From Patescibacteria group bacterium (lineage in GTDB: Bacteria > Patescibacteriota > Patescibacteriia > Patescibacteriales > UBA12465), in NCBI GenBank assembly GCA_041651095.1, contig JBAZJV010000003.1, forward strand, positions 16,293-80,292: a stretch of DNA of 64,000 nucleotides, written 5' to 3'. Positions 30,140 through 36,253 of the stretch are shown in pieces. Within the stretch, counting starts at the first letter, position 1. Each line of letters begins with the position of its first letter. The position numbers were made by a program, and so were the translations under genes. Under the pieces are notes generated by a model. The model ran no database searches. It was given only the letters and a program-made list of their open reading frames with translations, and was not told the DNA's origin.

Positions 30140-30997
30140 ATGTGGCAGAGGTCAAATTTTCGTAAAGTAAAAAAAGACTATCAGCGCAAGAACCTGCGCA
30201 ACCCCTTTTTTCATCATCGGCCGGAAGGGAAGGGCCGGCGGTTGTGGCGTTGGCTGGTCCCCGGCGGCGCGGTATTAGTCATCGGCTTGATCTGGTTCGT
30301 ATTGGCGGCGCCGTTTTGGCGATTGGCCGAGATCCGCATCAGCGGCTTGAGCCGGGTGCCAAGCTCGGAGCTGGAAAAGATTGTCTGGCGGCAGGCCGCT
30401 AATTCGCGTTGGTTGTTCTTCAAGCAGGATAATATTTTTTTATTCGACCGGGCCAGCGCGACGGCCGCGATCCTAGCCGACTATAATTTTTCCGGCGTAG
30501 AAATCAATCAGGCTTGGCCGCGCGCCTTGGAGATCAAAGTCAGCGAACGCCCCTATGCCTTTATTTTTCAGGAAGGGAATCTGCTGTCTTATGCCTCGGC
30601 TGATGCTTACCTGATCAGGGAACCGGCTGTCCAGGAGGCGGACCGGAAAAAATATTTCATCCTGGAGAACCAGAATCCCGGCACTCTGCTCGGCCCTAAG
30701 GATAAGATCAATATTAGCCGCGACTATCTGGATTTTATCATGGATTTGCACCAGAACCTGACGACCTATCCGGAATTACCGGTTGAGCGTTTTATCATCG
30801 ATCAGGAATTGAATACCGTCAAAGTTAAATTCGCAAATGGACCACAAGTTTATTTTAATGTCAAGGATACAGCAGCCAAGCAAATCCAGTTATTACTGCT
30901 TGTCAAAAAGGAAAAAATAAAGGATAATTTCAGTAGGACGAATTATATTGACCTGCGTTTCGGCGGCCGGATCTTTATCTATCCGGATTTTAAATAA
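30140..30997 (+). CDS. ftsQ: FtsQ-like cell-division protein (TM plus POTRA)
   Basis: 285 aa. Basic N-terminus, a single TM, then a POTRA-like LAEIRISGLSRVPSSELEKIV. Confidence 0.6.
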   Translation: MWQRSNFRKVKKDYQRKNLRNPFFHHRPEGKGRRLWRWLVPGGAVLVIGLIWFVLAAPFWRLAEIRISGLSRVPSSELEKIVWRQAANSRWLFFKQDNIFLFDRASATAAILADYNFSGVEINQAWPRALEIKVSERPYAFIFQEGNLLSYASADAYLIREPAVQEADRKKYFILENQNPGTLLGPKDKINISRDYLDFIMDLHQNLTTYPELPVERFIIDQELNTVKVKFANGPQVYFNVKDTAAKQIQLLLLVKKEKIKDNFSRTNYIDLRFGGRIFIYPDFK

Positions 30998-31005
30998 ATA
31001 TTCAT

Positions 31006-31146
31006 ATGGAAGGAGTCTTTAAATTTTTATTCGGTCTGGCGGTCGTCATCGCCGCTATGACTGTTATCGGGATCTTCTTGTTGATCTGCAAGGTCATATT
31101 GATGTTCCAGCCGCAGATTTACATCATGGGCCTGGTAATCAGCTGA
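31006..31146 (+). CDS. Possible 46-aa single-TM micro-protein
   Basis: Hand-translated as MEGVFKFLFGLAVVIAAMTVIGIFLLICKVILMFQPQIYIMGLVIS. Below the ORF-track cutoff, with no clear RBS. Followed by a hairpin. Confidence 0.25.
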   Translation: MEGVFKFLFGLAVVIAAMTVIGIFLLICKVILMFQPQIYIMGLVIS

Positions 31147-31165
31147 TCCGGCCGACCTGGCCTAT

Positions 31166-31188
31166 AGGGGGTTCTTAGGCACCCCCCT
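31166..31188 (+). terminator. Intrinsic terminator-like hairpin closing the alr/ftsQ-like unit
   Basis: AGGGGG-ttcttaggca-CCCCCC followed by TTT. Confidence 0.45.
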
Positions 31189-31212
31189 TTATTTAGTCTA
31201 TTAATAGGTGTA

Positions 31213-31222
31213 TTAATATACA
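31213..31222 (+). repeat. Left copy of the 10-bp direct repeat TTAATATACA (candidate att core)
   Basis: Exact match to 36262-36271. It is embedded in a dyad GTGTATTAA...TTAAACAC. Confidence 0.4.
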
Positions 31223-31321
31223 CTTTTAAACACTTTTCGACTTTCTGTTTCGTTCTCGTGGGGTAGGGAACTGAAAATTTTAAAAATTTGATTTGATTTT
31301 CTTATGATTTTTAAAGCGCTA

Positions 31322-31361
31322 AAAAATCCGCGTTTCCGGCGCGAGCCGGAAGCGGATTTTT
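31322..31361. other. Long imperfect hairpin in noncoding region
   Basis: AAAAATCCGCGTTTCCGGC-gcga-GCCGGAAGCGGATTTTT. Confidence 0.6.
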
Positions 31362-31484
31362 CTGTGGTTTGATCAGAACCTTGTTTTAAAACCATATAAC
31401 ACGATTTAAGATTTTTGTCAATAGTTGCTGATGTTTCATGGATACTTTTAGTCTAGCGTTTTAGCTCTCAAAAGTCAACCCCTG

Positions 31485-31517
31485 AAAATCGGCCGATTTT
31501 TGCTCGGGCCGATTTTT
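31485..31517. repeat. 16-bp perfect palindrome plus short direct repeat
   Basis: AAAATCGGCCGATTTT (31485-31500). GGCCGATTTTT is repeated at 31491-31501 and 31507-31517. Confidence 0.6.
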
Positions 31518-31526
31518 TTTAAATAC

Positions 31527-31562
31527 AAAAAACCTAGGCTCTTTCCCAAGGCCCGGTTTTTT
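31527..31562 (-). terminator. Probable terminator of the minus-strand phage-like operon
   Basis: AAAAAACC-ta-GGC ... GCC-c-GGTTTTTT. On the minus strand the hairpin is followed by a T-run. It lies about 100 nt after the Zot-like stop. Confidence 0.5.
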
Positions 31563-31660
31563 GCAGTTTATAATCACGTTAGTGATTTAGATTTTTCCAG
31601 TCCGCCGGGATATCGTCAGCCTTAGCCGCAGAGTCCCGGCGTCCATGTTTCTAACGGTGT

Positions 31661-32515
31661 CTATGTGTTCTTCGGTCTGTTTTTCAATTGGTTTTCGCTT
31701 ATCGCTCCCCGGTACGGTTTCAATACTTCCGTTTTTTTGTAGGGTATCCACTTGATTTCCTGTTCCTTGATTTCCAGATCGTAGTCCGAGTCGTACATCC
31801 CGCTAGGTATCGTTTTTAATATTTCTTCCTTATGCTTCGGGCAGTGTTTTTCCCCTTCCTGTCTTCCCGCGCATTTTTCACAGAATTTATGCTCTAATTC
31901 TATTTTTTTTTCGTTCAATTCCTTGTGTATTAACTTCTCTTTTTGGTACCACTTTATCCTTCTTTTTCCTCCTACCTGTTTGAAATCCCCTTCAATTCCT
32001 TCCCCTAATTCCCAGCCATATGACAGTTTTTTCAGTTCTTGGTACGTCATTTGCTGGTAGCTGATCCTTAGGAAGTCTTTTTTTATTATTTTTCCGATCC
32101 ACTCCATTATTCCGGCCTCGATTTTTTCACACAGTATCCATTCGTCGACCACTATCCAAGCTGATTTCGCCACCAGGCTGATATCCTGCGTCGTTCCGTA
32201 GATGTCGACGTGGTGGTGTCGGTGGAGCTGGAAGAACCGTCTGATATTGCCGCTTTCCTGTTCCCAGGCCCGGGGTTCCATTACTTGTCCGATTTCGTCC
32301 ATGACCAGCACGCAGTTCCGCAGCGTCGGCGCCAGCTCCTCAAACTCTTCGGCCGTGAAAAAATGGAGGTTCGGTCCCTTCCAGTTGATCCAGAAGTTGC
32401 ACCAGACTTCCTGTCCGTCGAGCAAATGCGGCAGCAGGTCTTCTTCTACCAGTCCGAGGCTTTTGCCCGATCCCGGTAGCCCCAGTCTTATTGAAAATGT
32501 TGATCCTTCTATCAT
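31661..32515 (-). CDS. Zot / inovirus pI-like assembly ATPase (no TM domain; C-terminal Cys/His cluster)
   Basis: 284 aa. Walker A GLPGSGKS at aa 12-19 and Walker B VLVMDEIG. FFQLHRHHHVDIYGTTQDISLVAKSA parallels M13 pI WFLHARKLGWDIIFLVQDLSIVDKQA. C-terminal CEKCAGRQEGEKHCPKH. Confidence 0.72.
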   Translation of the reverse strand: MIEGSTFSIRLGLPGSGKSLGLVEEDLLPHLLDGQEVWCNFWINWKGPNLHFFTAEEFEELAPTLRNCVLVMDEIGQVMEPRAWEQESGNIRRFFQLHRHHHVDIYGTTQDISLVAKSAWIVVDEWILCEKIEAGIMEWIGKIIKKDFLRISYQQMTYQELKKLSYGWELGEGIEGDFKQVGGKRRIKWYQKEKLIHKELNEKKIELEHKFCEKCAGRQEGEKHCPKHKEEILKTIPSGMYDSDYDLEIKEQEIKWIPYKKTEVLKPYRGAISENQLKNRPKNT

Positions 32516-32522
32516 ATTTTTT

Positions 32523-32632
32523 CGCTCCGCGCGACGGGATTTGGGTCGTTTCTGGCCGCCGTCCTTCGGAGCGATTTGCCAGCCCGCGCGACGGGATTTG
32601 GGTCGTTTCTGGCCGCCGTCCTTCGGGCTGGC
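32523..32632. repeat. Tandem twin hairpins with identical 43-nt core (32527-32569, 32584-32626)
   Basis: Copy A has basal stem CGCTCCG/CGGAGCG. Copy B has basal stem GCCAGCCCG/CGGGCTGGC. Both share an inner stem GACGG/CCGTC and a 21-nt loop. The copies are 4 nt apart. Confidence 0.9.
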
Positions 32633-32641
32633 AGCTCTTTG

Positions 32642-32905
32642 TTAAATTTTCGTCGCCGCCGGAACGCCTGTTCGGCCCTCACGGCCGCTCACAGGCGTTG
32701 CTGCCGGCGGTAGCTCTCTTTTTTTGATTTCCTCTAAGGCGTCCAAATGTCTCACCCAGCGTTCCATCCGGTCCCGTAGGTCCTTTTGCTCGGCCTTCCA
32801 TTCCACGTACCAATCCGCCCAGAATTTAGCCCCTAGGCCGCAAAATACGCCGAAGATGAAAGCGATTAAGTACCACATACTAATTTCTAAAAAAACTGGC
32901 GACAA
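32642..32905 (-). CDS. Small membrane protein (N-terminal TM, charged helical tail)
   Basis: 87 aa. Overlaps the upstream ORF by 26 nt. Part of the co-directional module. Confidence 0.4.
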   Translation of the reverse strand: MSPVFLEISMWYLIAFIFGVFCGLGAKFWADWYVEWKAEQKDLRDRMERWVRHLDALEEIKKRELPPAATPVSGREGRTGVPAATKI

Positions 32906-33155
32906 ACAGGTAGGCTTTGTAGGCGTACCAAGCCACCAGCAGTCCCAGGTCTATTCCGATCCAAAAATACAGCCCGAAGGCGCCGTTTATATCCCAAATA
33001 AAATTCGAGAGCATAAGCAGCCGCCGCGCCAAAGCCAAAGCCACCGTCATGATCGTCCAGATCGGCGTCAGCAGGTAGTTCACCGTGGTTCCCAAGATCG
33101 CCAGGCCCCCCAGTATTATTCCCGCCATTACGACTTGTTTTAAAGTGTTGAACAT
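32880..33155 (-). CDS. pVI-like small 3-TM protein
   Basis: 91 aa with three hydrophobic helices. It follows the pIII-like gene with a 1-nt gap, as gene VI follows gene III in Ff phages. Confidence 0.45.
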   Translation of the reverse strand: MFNTLKQVVMAGIILGGLAILGTTVNYLLTPIWTIMTVALALARRLLMLSNFIWDINGAFGLYFWIGIDLGLLVAWYAYKAYLFVASFFRN

Positions 33156-33156
33156 A

Positions 33157-34593
33157 TCAGTCTTTTTGGTGGGACACTTTCCAGCTAAAAATTATAATCC
33201 CTATCAGCGACAAGGTAGCCATGACGTACGGCGACAATCCTCTTATATTTTCAAAAACGTCCTCAACGTCTTCGTTGCCGGCCGCCAGCCCGGGTCCCCA
33301 AAGGGTGATCGTGGTCGTGGTGCTTGTCCAGGAGGCCGGCATGGTCAGTTTCACGTCGCCGCCTTCATCCCCGGCCAACCAAGAAAGAGTTGACGGTATT
33401 GTCGCCGTCGCCGAGTCGGTCCAGCATTGGTTTATCCTCGTAGCCAGCGAGAAAGGGAAGATGATTTTTGTCGAATTAATCAGTCCACCTATGCCCGATT
33501 TCACTTGGTCCCTTAATCCAAAATAGATTTTGTACCAGGTGAAAACGGAATTGCATTTTATTTCAGTCCACCAGTCCGTTTCCGCCCACTCAGCGTCTGT
33601 GCAGGCTATCCGGTGTGCCGTGCCGGCTGGATCGTCTTCTGACATATACCCGACGCTGAATTCCCAGTCCGTCGTGGTGGCTGGCGAGAAATTTTGGTCC
33701 ACGCTCGCGACGTTCGGTGAGCTGGTCGGGTGGTAGAAACTGTCGTCAATATATATCGTCGTTGTTCCGATTAACCCCGACCCGTTGTATATCGCCGTGA
33801 AGTTTGGGCTGCTTGAAGCGTGGCAGTCGACCAAGCCGCCGCGCCAGGGCCCCAAAGGATCGATCCCGGTCGAAGTCGCGGAGCTGATCGTCATTTGGTA
33901 GTAGCCGGAGCCGTATTGGGCGCAGGTTCCGCTTAGCGTCAAAATTTGGCTGATTGAGTCGAAGCTTTGGGAAGTTATCGCGAGCGTCGTTCCGCCGGCG
34001 GCCGGATCCGTGTAGACCTTAAAAGCGAAATCTCGATTGGTGAGCGTCCAGCCGTAGCCCTCATAATAGAGCCGGCCGTCGGCGTATTTGTCCCCGTCGT
34101 AGTTGCTGGCTCTAATGTTCATACCAGTTGCGTCCGCGTCCGTTTCTTTTACTTTTATCAGATAATAATGGCCGGCCGTGGTAGGGTAGGGGGTTGAGAA
34201 GTCAAAATCGTACCAGCCAGTGGTTGAGAAGTCCGTATAGTCCCGGCCCGCGCTTTCTTGCGGCGTGTCTGTGCAGCTTAATGAGGTTAAGCTGCTTATT
34301 TCGCAAAGTTCGACGCTAAAAGTATTCGGCCCGTGCACGCCTAGTATGTTTAGCGACACCATTGACACATTCGTTGAGCTGGCCGTAAAGGACTGGTATT
34401 TTAAAGTGTTTCCCGAAGCGTTAAAAAGCATTTCGTCCGCATCACTAAAAGTCTGTTCAATAGACACCTCGTCAGCCGCCAGAGCTGAACGAGGCGAGGA
34501 TAAGGCCAATAATAACCCAAAGAGCAAAGCCGCCGCCAAAACCCCACCAGAAGCTAGACCAGTCCATAAATTTTTTATCTTAGATATTGGCAC
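33157..34593 (-). CDS. pIII-like secreted, C-terminally anchored protein (candidate receptor-binding minor coat protein)
   Basis: 478 aa. Signal peptide ending ALA|ADE, a Ser/Thr/Gly-rich beta-type body with several Cys, and a C-terminal TM (YVMATLSLIGIIIFSW) with a short basic tail. Confidence 0.5.
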   Translation of the reverse strand: MPISKIKNLWTGLASGGVLAAALLFGLLLALSSPRSALAADEVSIEQTFSDADEMLFNASGNTLKYQSFTASSTNVSMVSLNILGVHGPNTFSVELCEISSLTSLSCTDTPQESAGRDYTDFSTTGWYDFDFSTPYPTTAGHYYLIKVKETDADATGMNIRASNYDGDKYADGRLYYEGYGWTLTNRDFAFKVYTDPAAGGTTLAITSQSFDSISQILTLSGTCAQYGSGYYQMTISSATSTGIDPLGPWRGGLVDCHASSSPNFTAIYNGSGLIGTTTIYIDDSFYHPTSSPNVASVDQNFSPATTTDWEFSVGYMSEDDPAGTAHRIACTDAEWAETDWWTEIKCNSVFTWYKIYFGLRDQVKSGIGGLINSTKIIFPFSLATRINQCWTDSATATIPSTLSWLAGDEGGDVKLTMPASWTSTTTTITLWGPGLAAGNEDVEDVFENIRGLSPYVMATLSLIGIIIFSWKVSHQKD

Positions 34594-34820
34594 AGATTTT
34601 GAGCAAAATTGATCATTATTTTTTCATTAAAAATCGTCCACCAAGCAAAAAAAACTCCTAGAAAAACCGCCCATTTAAAACCGATGAAAAAGCTATCGAA
34701 TAGGGTGTAGATAGCCGCTCTTTTCCAGGTCATTTTTTTGCCCTGGTAATCATAAGCTCTCGTCGGGTGCTGGCTTTCCATATAGTCCTCGGCGTATTTT
34801 TCGAATTCTTTTTTTTTCAT
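34575..34820 (-). CDS. Small membrane protein
   Basis: 81 aa with a C-terminal hydrophobic hairpin. Overlaps both neighbouring ORFs. Confidence 0.4.
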   Translation of the reverse strand: MKKKEFEKYAEDYMESQHPTRAYDYQGKKMTWKRAAIYTLFDSFFIGFKWAVFLGVFFAWWTIFNEKIMINFAQNLCQYLR

Positions 34821-35002
34821 AAAATTTTTTTGCCTTCAATTCTAAAAATTAAACAAAAAATTATAATATAGGCCCACCAATTTGGTGTGTAGCTCGAAAG
34901 AGTATTCAACAAAATAGTCATTATTACCCCTATTGCTGTTAGCGGCGTTAGTTCTATCCAAATTTTCATAATTTTTGCGCCGCAGGCGTGTGCCGCAGGC
35001 AT
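34817..35002 (-). CDS. Small 2-TM protein
   Basis: 61 aa. Its start abuts the stop of the Zn-ribbon ORF. An internal MKIW start is possible. Confidence 0.35.
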   Translation of the reverse strand: MPAAHACGAKIMKIWIELTPLTAIGVIMTILLNTLSSYTPNWWAYIIIFCLIFRIEGKKIL

Positions 35003-35170
35003 TTATTTTTGTTTGCTTTCGCCGTAAATTTTTAAAAGCCAGTCTATTGCCACCATTCCGCCGCCGCAATTAGAGCAAATGATTTCCAGTTTTCCCGGTG
35101 TCGGCGGCCAGAGTTTTATCTCTTTGTCTTCTATATTTCGGCAGTTTAAGCAAATTTGTTTTTGTTTCAT
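35003..35170 (-). CDS. 55-aa zinc-ribbon protein
   Basis: Hand-translated as MKQKQICLNCRNIEDKEIKLWPPTPGKLEIICSNCGGGMVAIDWLLKIYGESKQK, with a CxxC...CxxC pattern. Below the ORF-track cutoff. Confidence 0.4.
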   Translation of the reverse strand: MKQKQICLNCRNIEDKEIKLWPPTPGKLEIICSNCGGGMVAIDWLLKIYGESKQK

Positions 35171-35171
35171 A

Positions 35172-35192
35172 TTCGCTATATAGGGAAGCGAA
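35172..35192. repeat. Inverted repeat TTCGCT-N9-AGCGAA sharing the arm motif of the dif-like site
   Basis: TTCGCT (35172-35177) and AGCGAA(G) (35187-35193). Compare the dif-like arms CTTCGCT and TGCGAAG at 36256-36281. Confidence 0.45.
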
Positions 35193-35197
35193 GCGTT

Positions 35198-35334
35198 TTT
35201 TAAAAATTGAGCGAAGCTAGTGGAGCAGGCTCTCGTCTGCTGAAATGCCGTCCATGGGGCAGAGGAAAAGCACCTCCGTCTTTATCCCCCGGCAGGGCTT
35301 ATGTTCAGCAGACGAGAACCGTCAATTTTTAAAA
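35198..35334. other. 137-nt three-tier imperfect hairpin
   Basis: 13-bp outer stem (35198-35210 with 35322-35334). 13-bp inner stem (35232-35244 with 35304-35316). Apical TGCCG..GGGG / CCCC-CGGCA pairing (35246-35259 with 35286-35294). Confidence 0.75.
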
Positions 35335-35340
35335 TAGGGA

Positions 35341-35358
35341 AGTGGGGCGTCCCCCACT
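35341..35358 (-). terminator. Hairpin immediately after the coat-protein stop
   Basis: AGTGGGG-cgtc-CCCCACT, starting 5 nt after the stop codon. The T-rich tract on the minus strand follows after 4 nt. Confidence 0.45.
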
Positions 35359-35362
35359 GAAC

Positions 35363-35647
35363 CTATCTGCGCCGCCGGCCGCCGGTGATCGCGCCCCTTA
35401 TCTTGATGTAGGCCCAAGTCAGAGCGGCGATCGTTAAGCCGATAAGCAGCGCCTTGCCCCAGGTGGTTGCCAAAAACGACATCGTTGCTGGAGTGTTGTC
35501 GTTTATTGCCAAAGTTCCTGTTGCTAAGGCCGCTATGTAATCAGCGTCCGCGGCTGCGAGGGCCTTCTGGCCCAAAATGGCAAAACCTAAGCCGAAAAGT
35601 CCTAGGCTGAAAGCCACCTTTGCCGCGTACTTTTTCAATATTTTCAT
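35363..35647 (-). CDS. pVIII-like major coat protein precursor
   Basis: 94 aa. Signal peptide MKILKKYAAKVAFSLGLFGLGFAILGQKALA. Mature protein has an acidic start AADADY, one TM (WGKALLIGLTIAALTWAYI) and a basic tail KIRGAITGGRRRR. Strong SD (AAGGAGGTGA) 5 nt upstream. Confidence 0.65.
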   Translation of the reverse strand: MKILKKYAAKVAFSLGLFGLGFAILGQKALAAADADYIAALATGTLAINDNTPATMSFLATTWGKALLIGLTIAALTWAYIKIRGAITGGRRRR

Positions 35648-35693
35648 GCTTCACCTCCTTTCTAGAAAAATTTTATTAAAAAATTTTTTAACT

Positions 35694-35780
35694 TTAAGGT
35701 ATCCATCGGATTAGAAGCCCTAGTCCGACCATAAGGGTTTCAAAAGTCCACCAGTCTTGGAATAATAAGGTCATTTCCAT
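35694..35780 (-). CDS. Possible 28-aa hydrophobic micro-protein (pVII/pIX-sized)
   Basis: Hand-translated as MEMTLLFQDWWTFETLMVGLGLLIRWIP. Supported only by position and size. Confidence 0.2.
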   Translation of the reverse strand: MEMTLLFQDWWTFETLMVGLGLLIRWIP

Positions 35781-35841
35781 ATGGTTGCTGTTAGACGGTC
35801 GCCGGCCCAACGGAGGGCCTCGATCATCAGTATTATTAAAA

Positions 35842-36066
35842 TCAAACCTGACGGCTGCTCCATATTTTTCTTTTTCGGTAGTTCGCGATTGCGTATACCG
35901 TGATTATTCCAAGAATGATTTTTCCGATCAGATACACCGTTCCAAACCAGTCATAAGTAATAATGGTATTTATTTGCTTTTCGGCGCAAAAATTGCCATT
36001 TGAGCTTTCGGTCAGACACAGTTCGGTCGTCGTCGCTCTTTGTTGGTTGTATAGCATAGAGGGCAT
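35842..36066 (-). CDS. Small protein with C-terminal TM and basic tail
   Basis: 74 aa ending ...VYLIGKIILGIITVYAIANYRKRK.... First ORF of the co-directional module. Confidence 0.4.
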   Translation of the reverse strand: MPSMLYNQQRATTTELCLTESSNGNFCAEKQINTIITYDWFGTVYLIGKIILGIITVYAIANYRKRKIWSSRQV

Positions 36067-36198
36067 TTTAAGACGCCTGCGGCAGCACGCGGCTAGAAGC
36101 CGCGCGGCTTAAAATTAGGCACCAGAAATCACGCATGGCTTCGTTACATTTTACTATCTTTTTATTGGCGATTATGCCATAATTTAGATGAAGATTTT

Positions 36199-36213
36199 TA
36201 CTTCGCATAATGT
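36199..36213 (+). repeat. Inverted partial copy of the dif-like site (arm plus 3 nt of centre)
   Basis: TACTTCGCATAATGT is the exact reverse complement of 36269-36283. The downstream half (CGATGGTTTTTG) is degenerate. Confidence 0.7.
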
Positions 36214-36253
36214 CGATGGTTTTTGTTTATTGGCTTGTTTTTATCTAAAAAAA

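Noticed and set aside
31213-31395. 60-aa basic minus-strand ORF in the noncoding region after the Zot-like gene; considered as a small DNA-binding protein.
   Set aside because: It runs straight through the 40-nt hairpin at 31322-31361. It has no RBS and low-complexity content. It is more likely non-coding.
32523-32632. Possible CRISPR array, given two identical 43-bp repeats.
   Set aside because: There are only two copies, the spacer is 14 bp, each copy is an extended hairpin with its own basal stem, and no cas genes are present. This is not CRISPR-like.
32491-32727. 78-aa plus-strand ORF with an internally repeated peptide (PRDGIWVVSGRRPS twice).
   Set aside because: The peptide repeat is simply the translation of the 43-nt DNA twin-hairpin repeat. 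The ORF is antisense to the phage-like operon and has no RBS.
35198-35334. Considered a self-cleaving ribozyme (hammerhead or twister) or another known small RNA in the large hairpin.
   Set aside because: No CUGAUGA/GAAA hammerhead core or other signature I can recognise is present on either strand. It is left as an unassigned structure.
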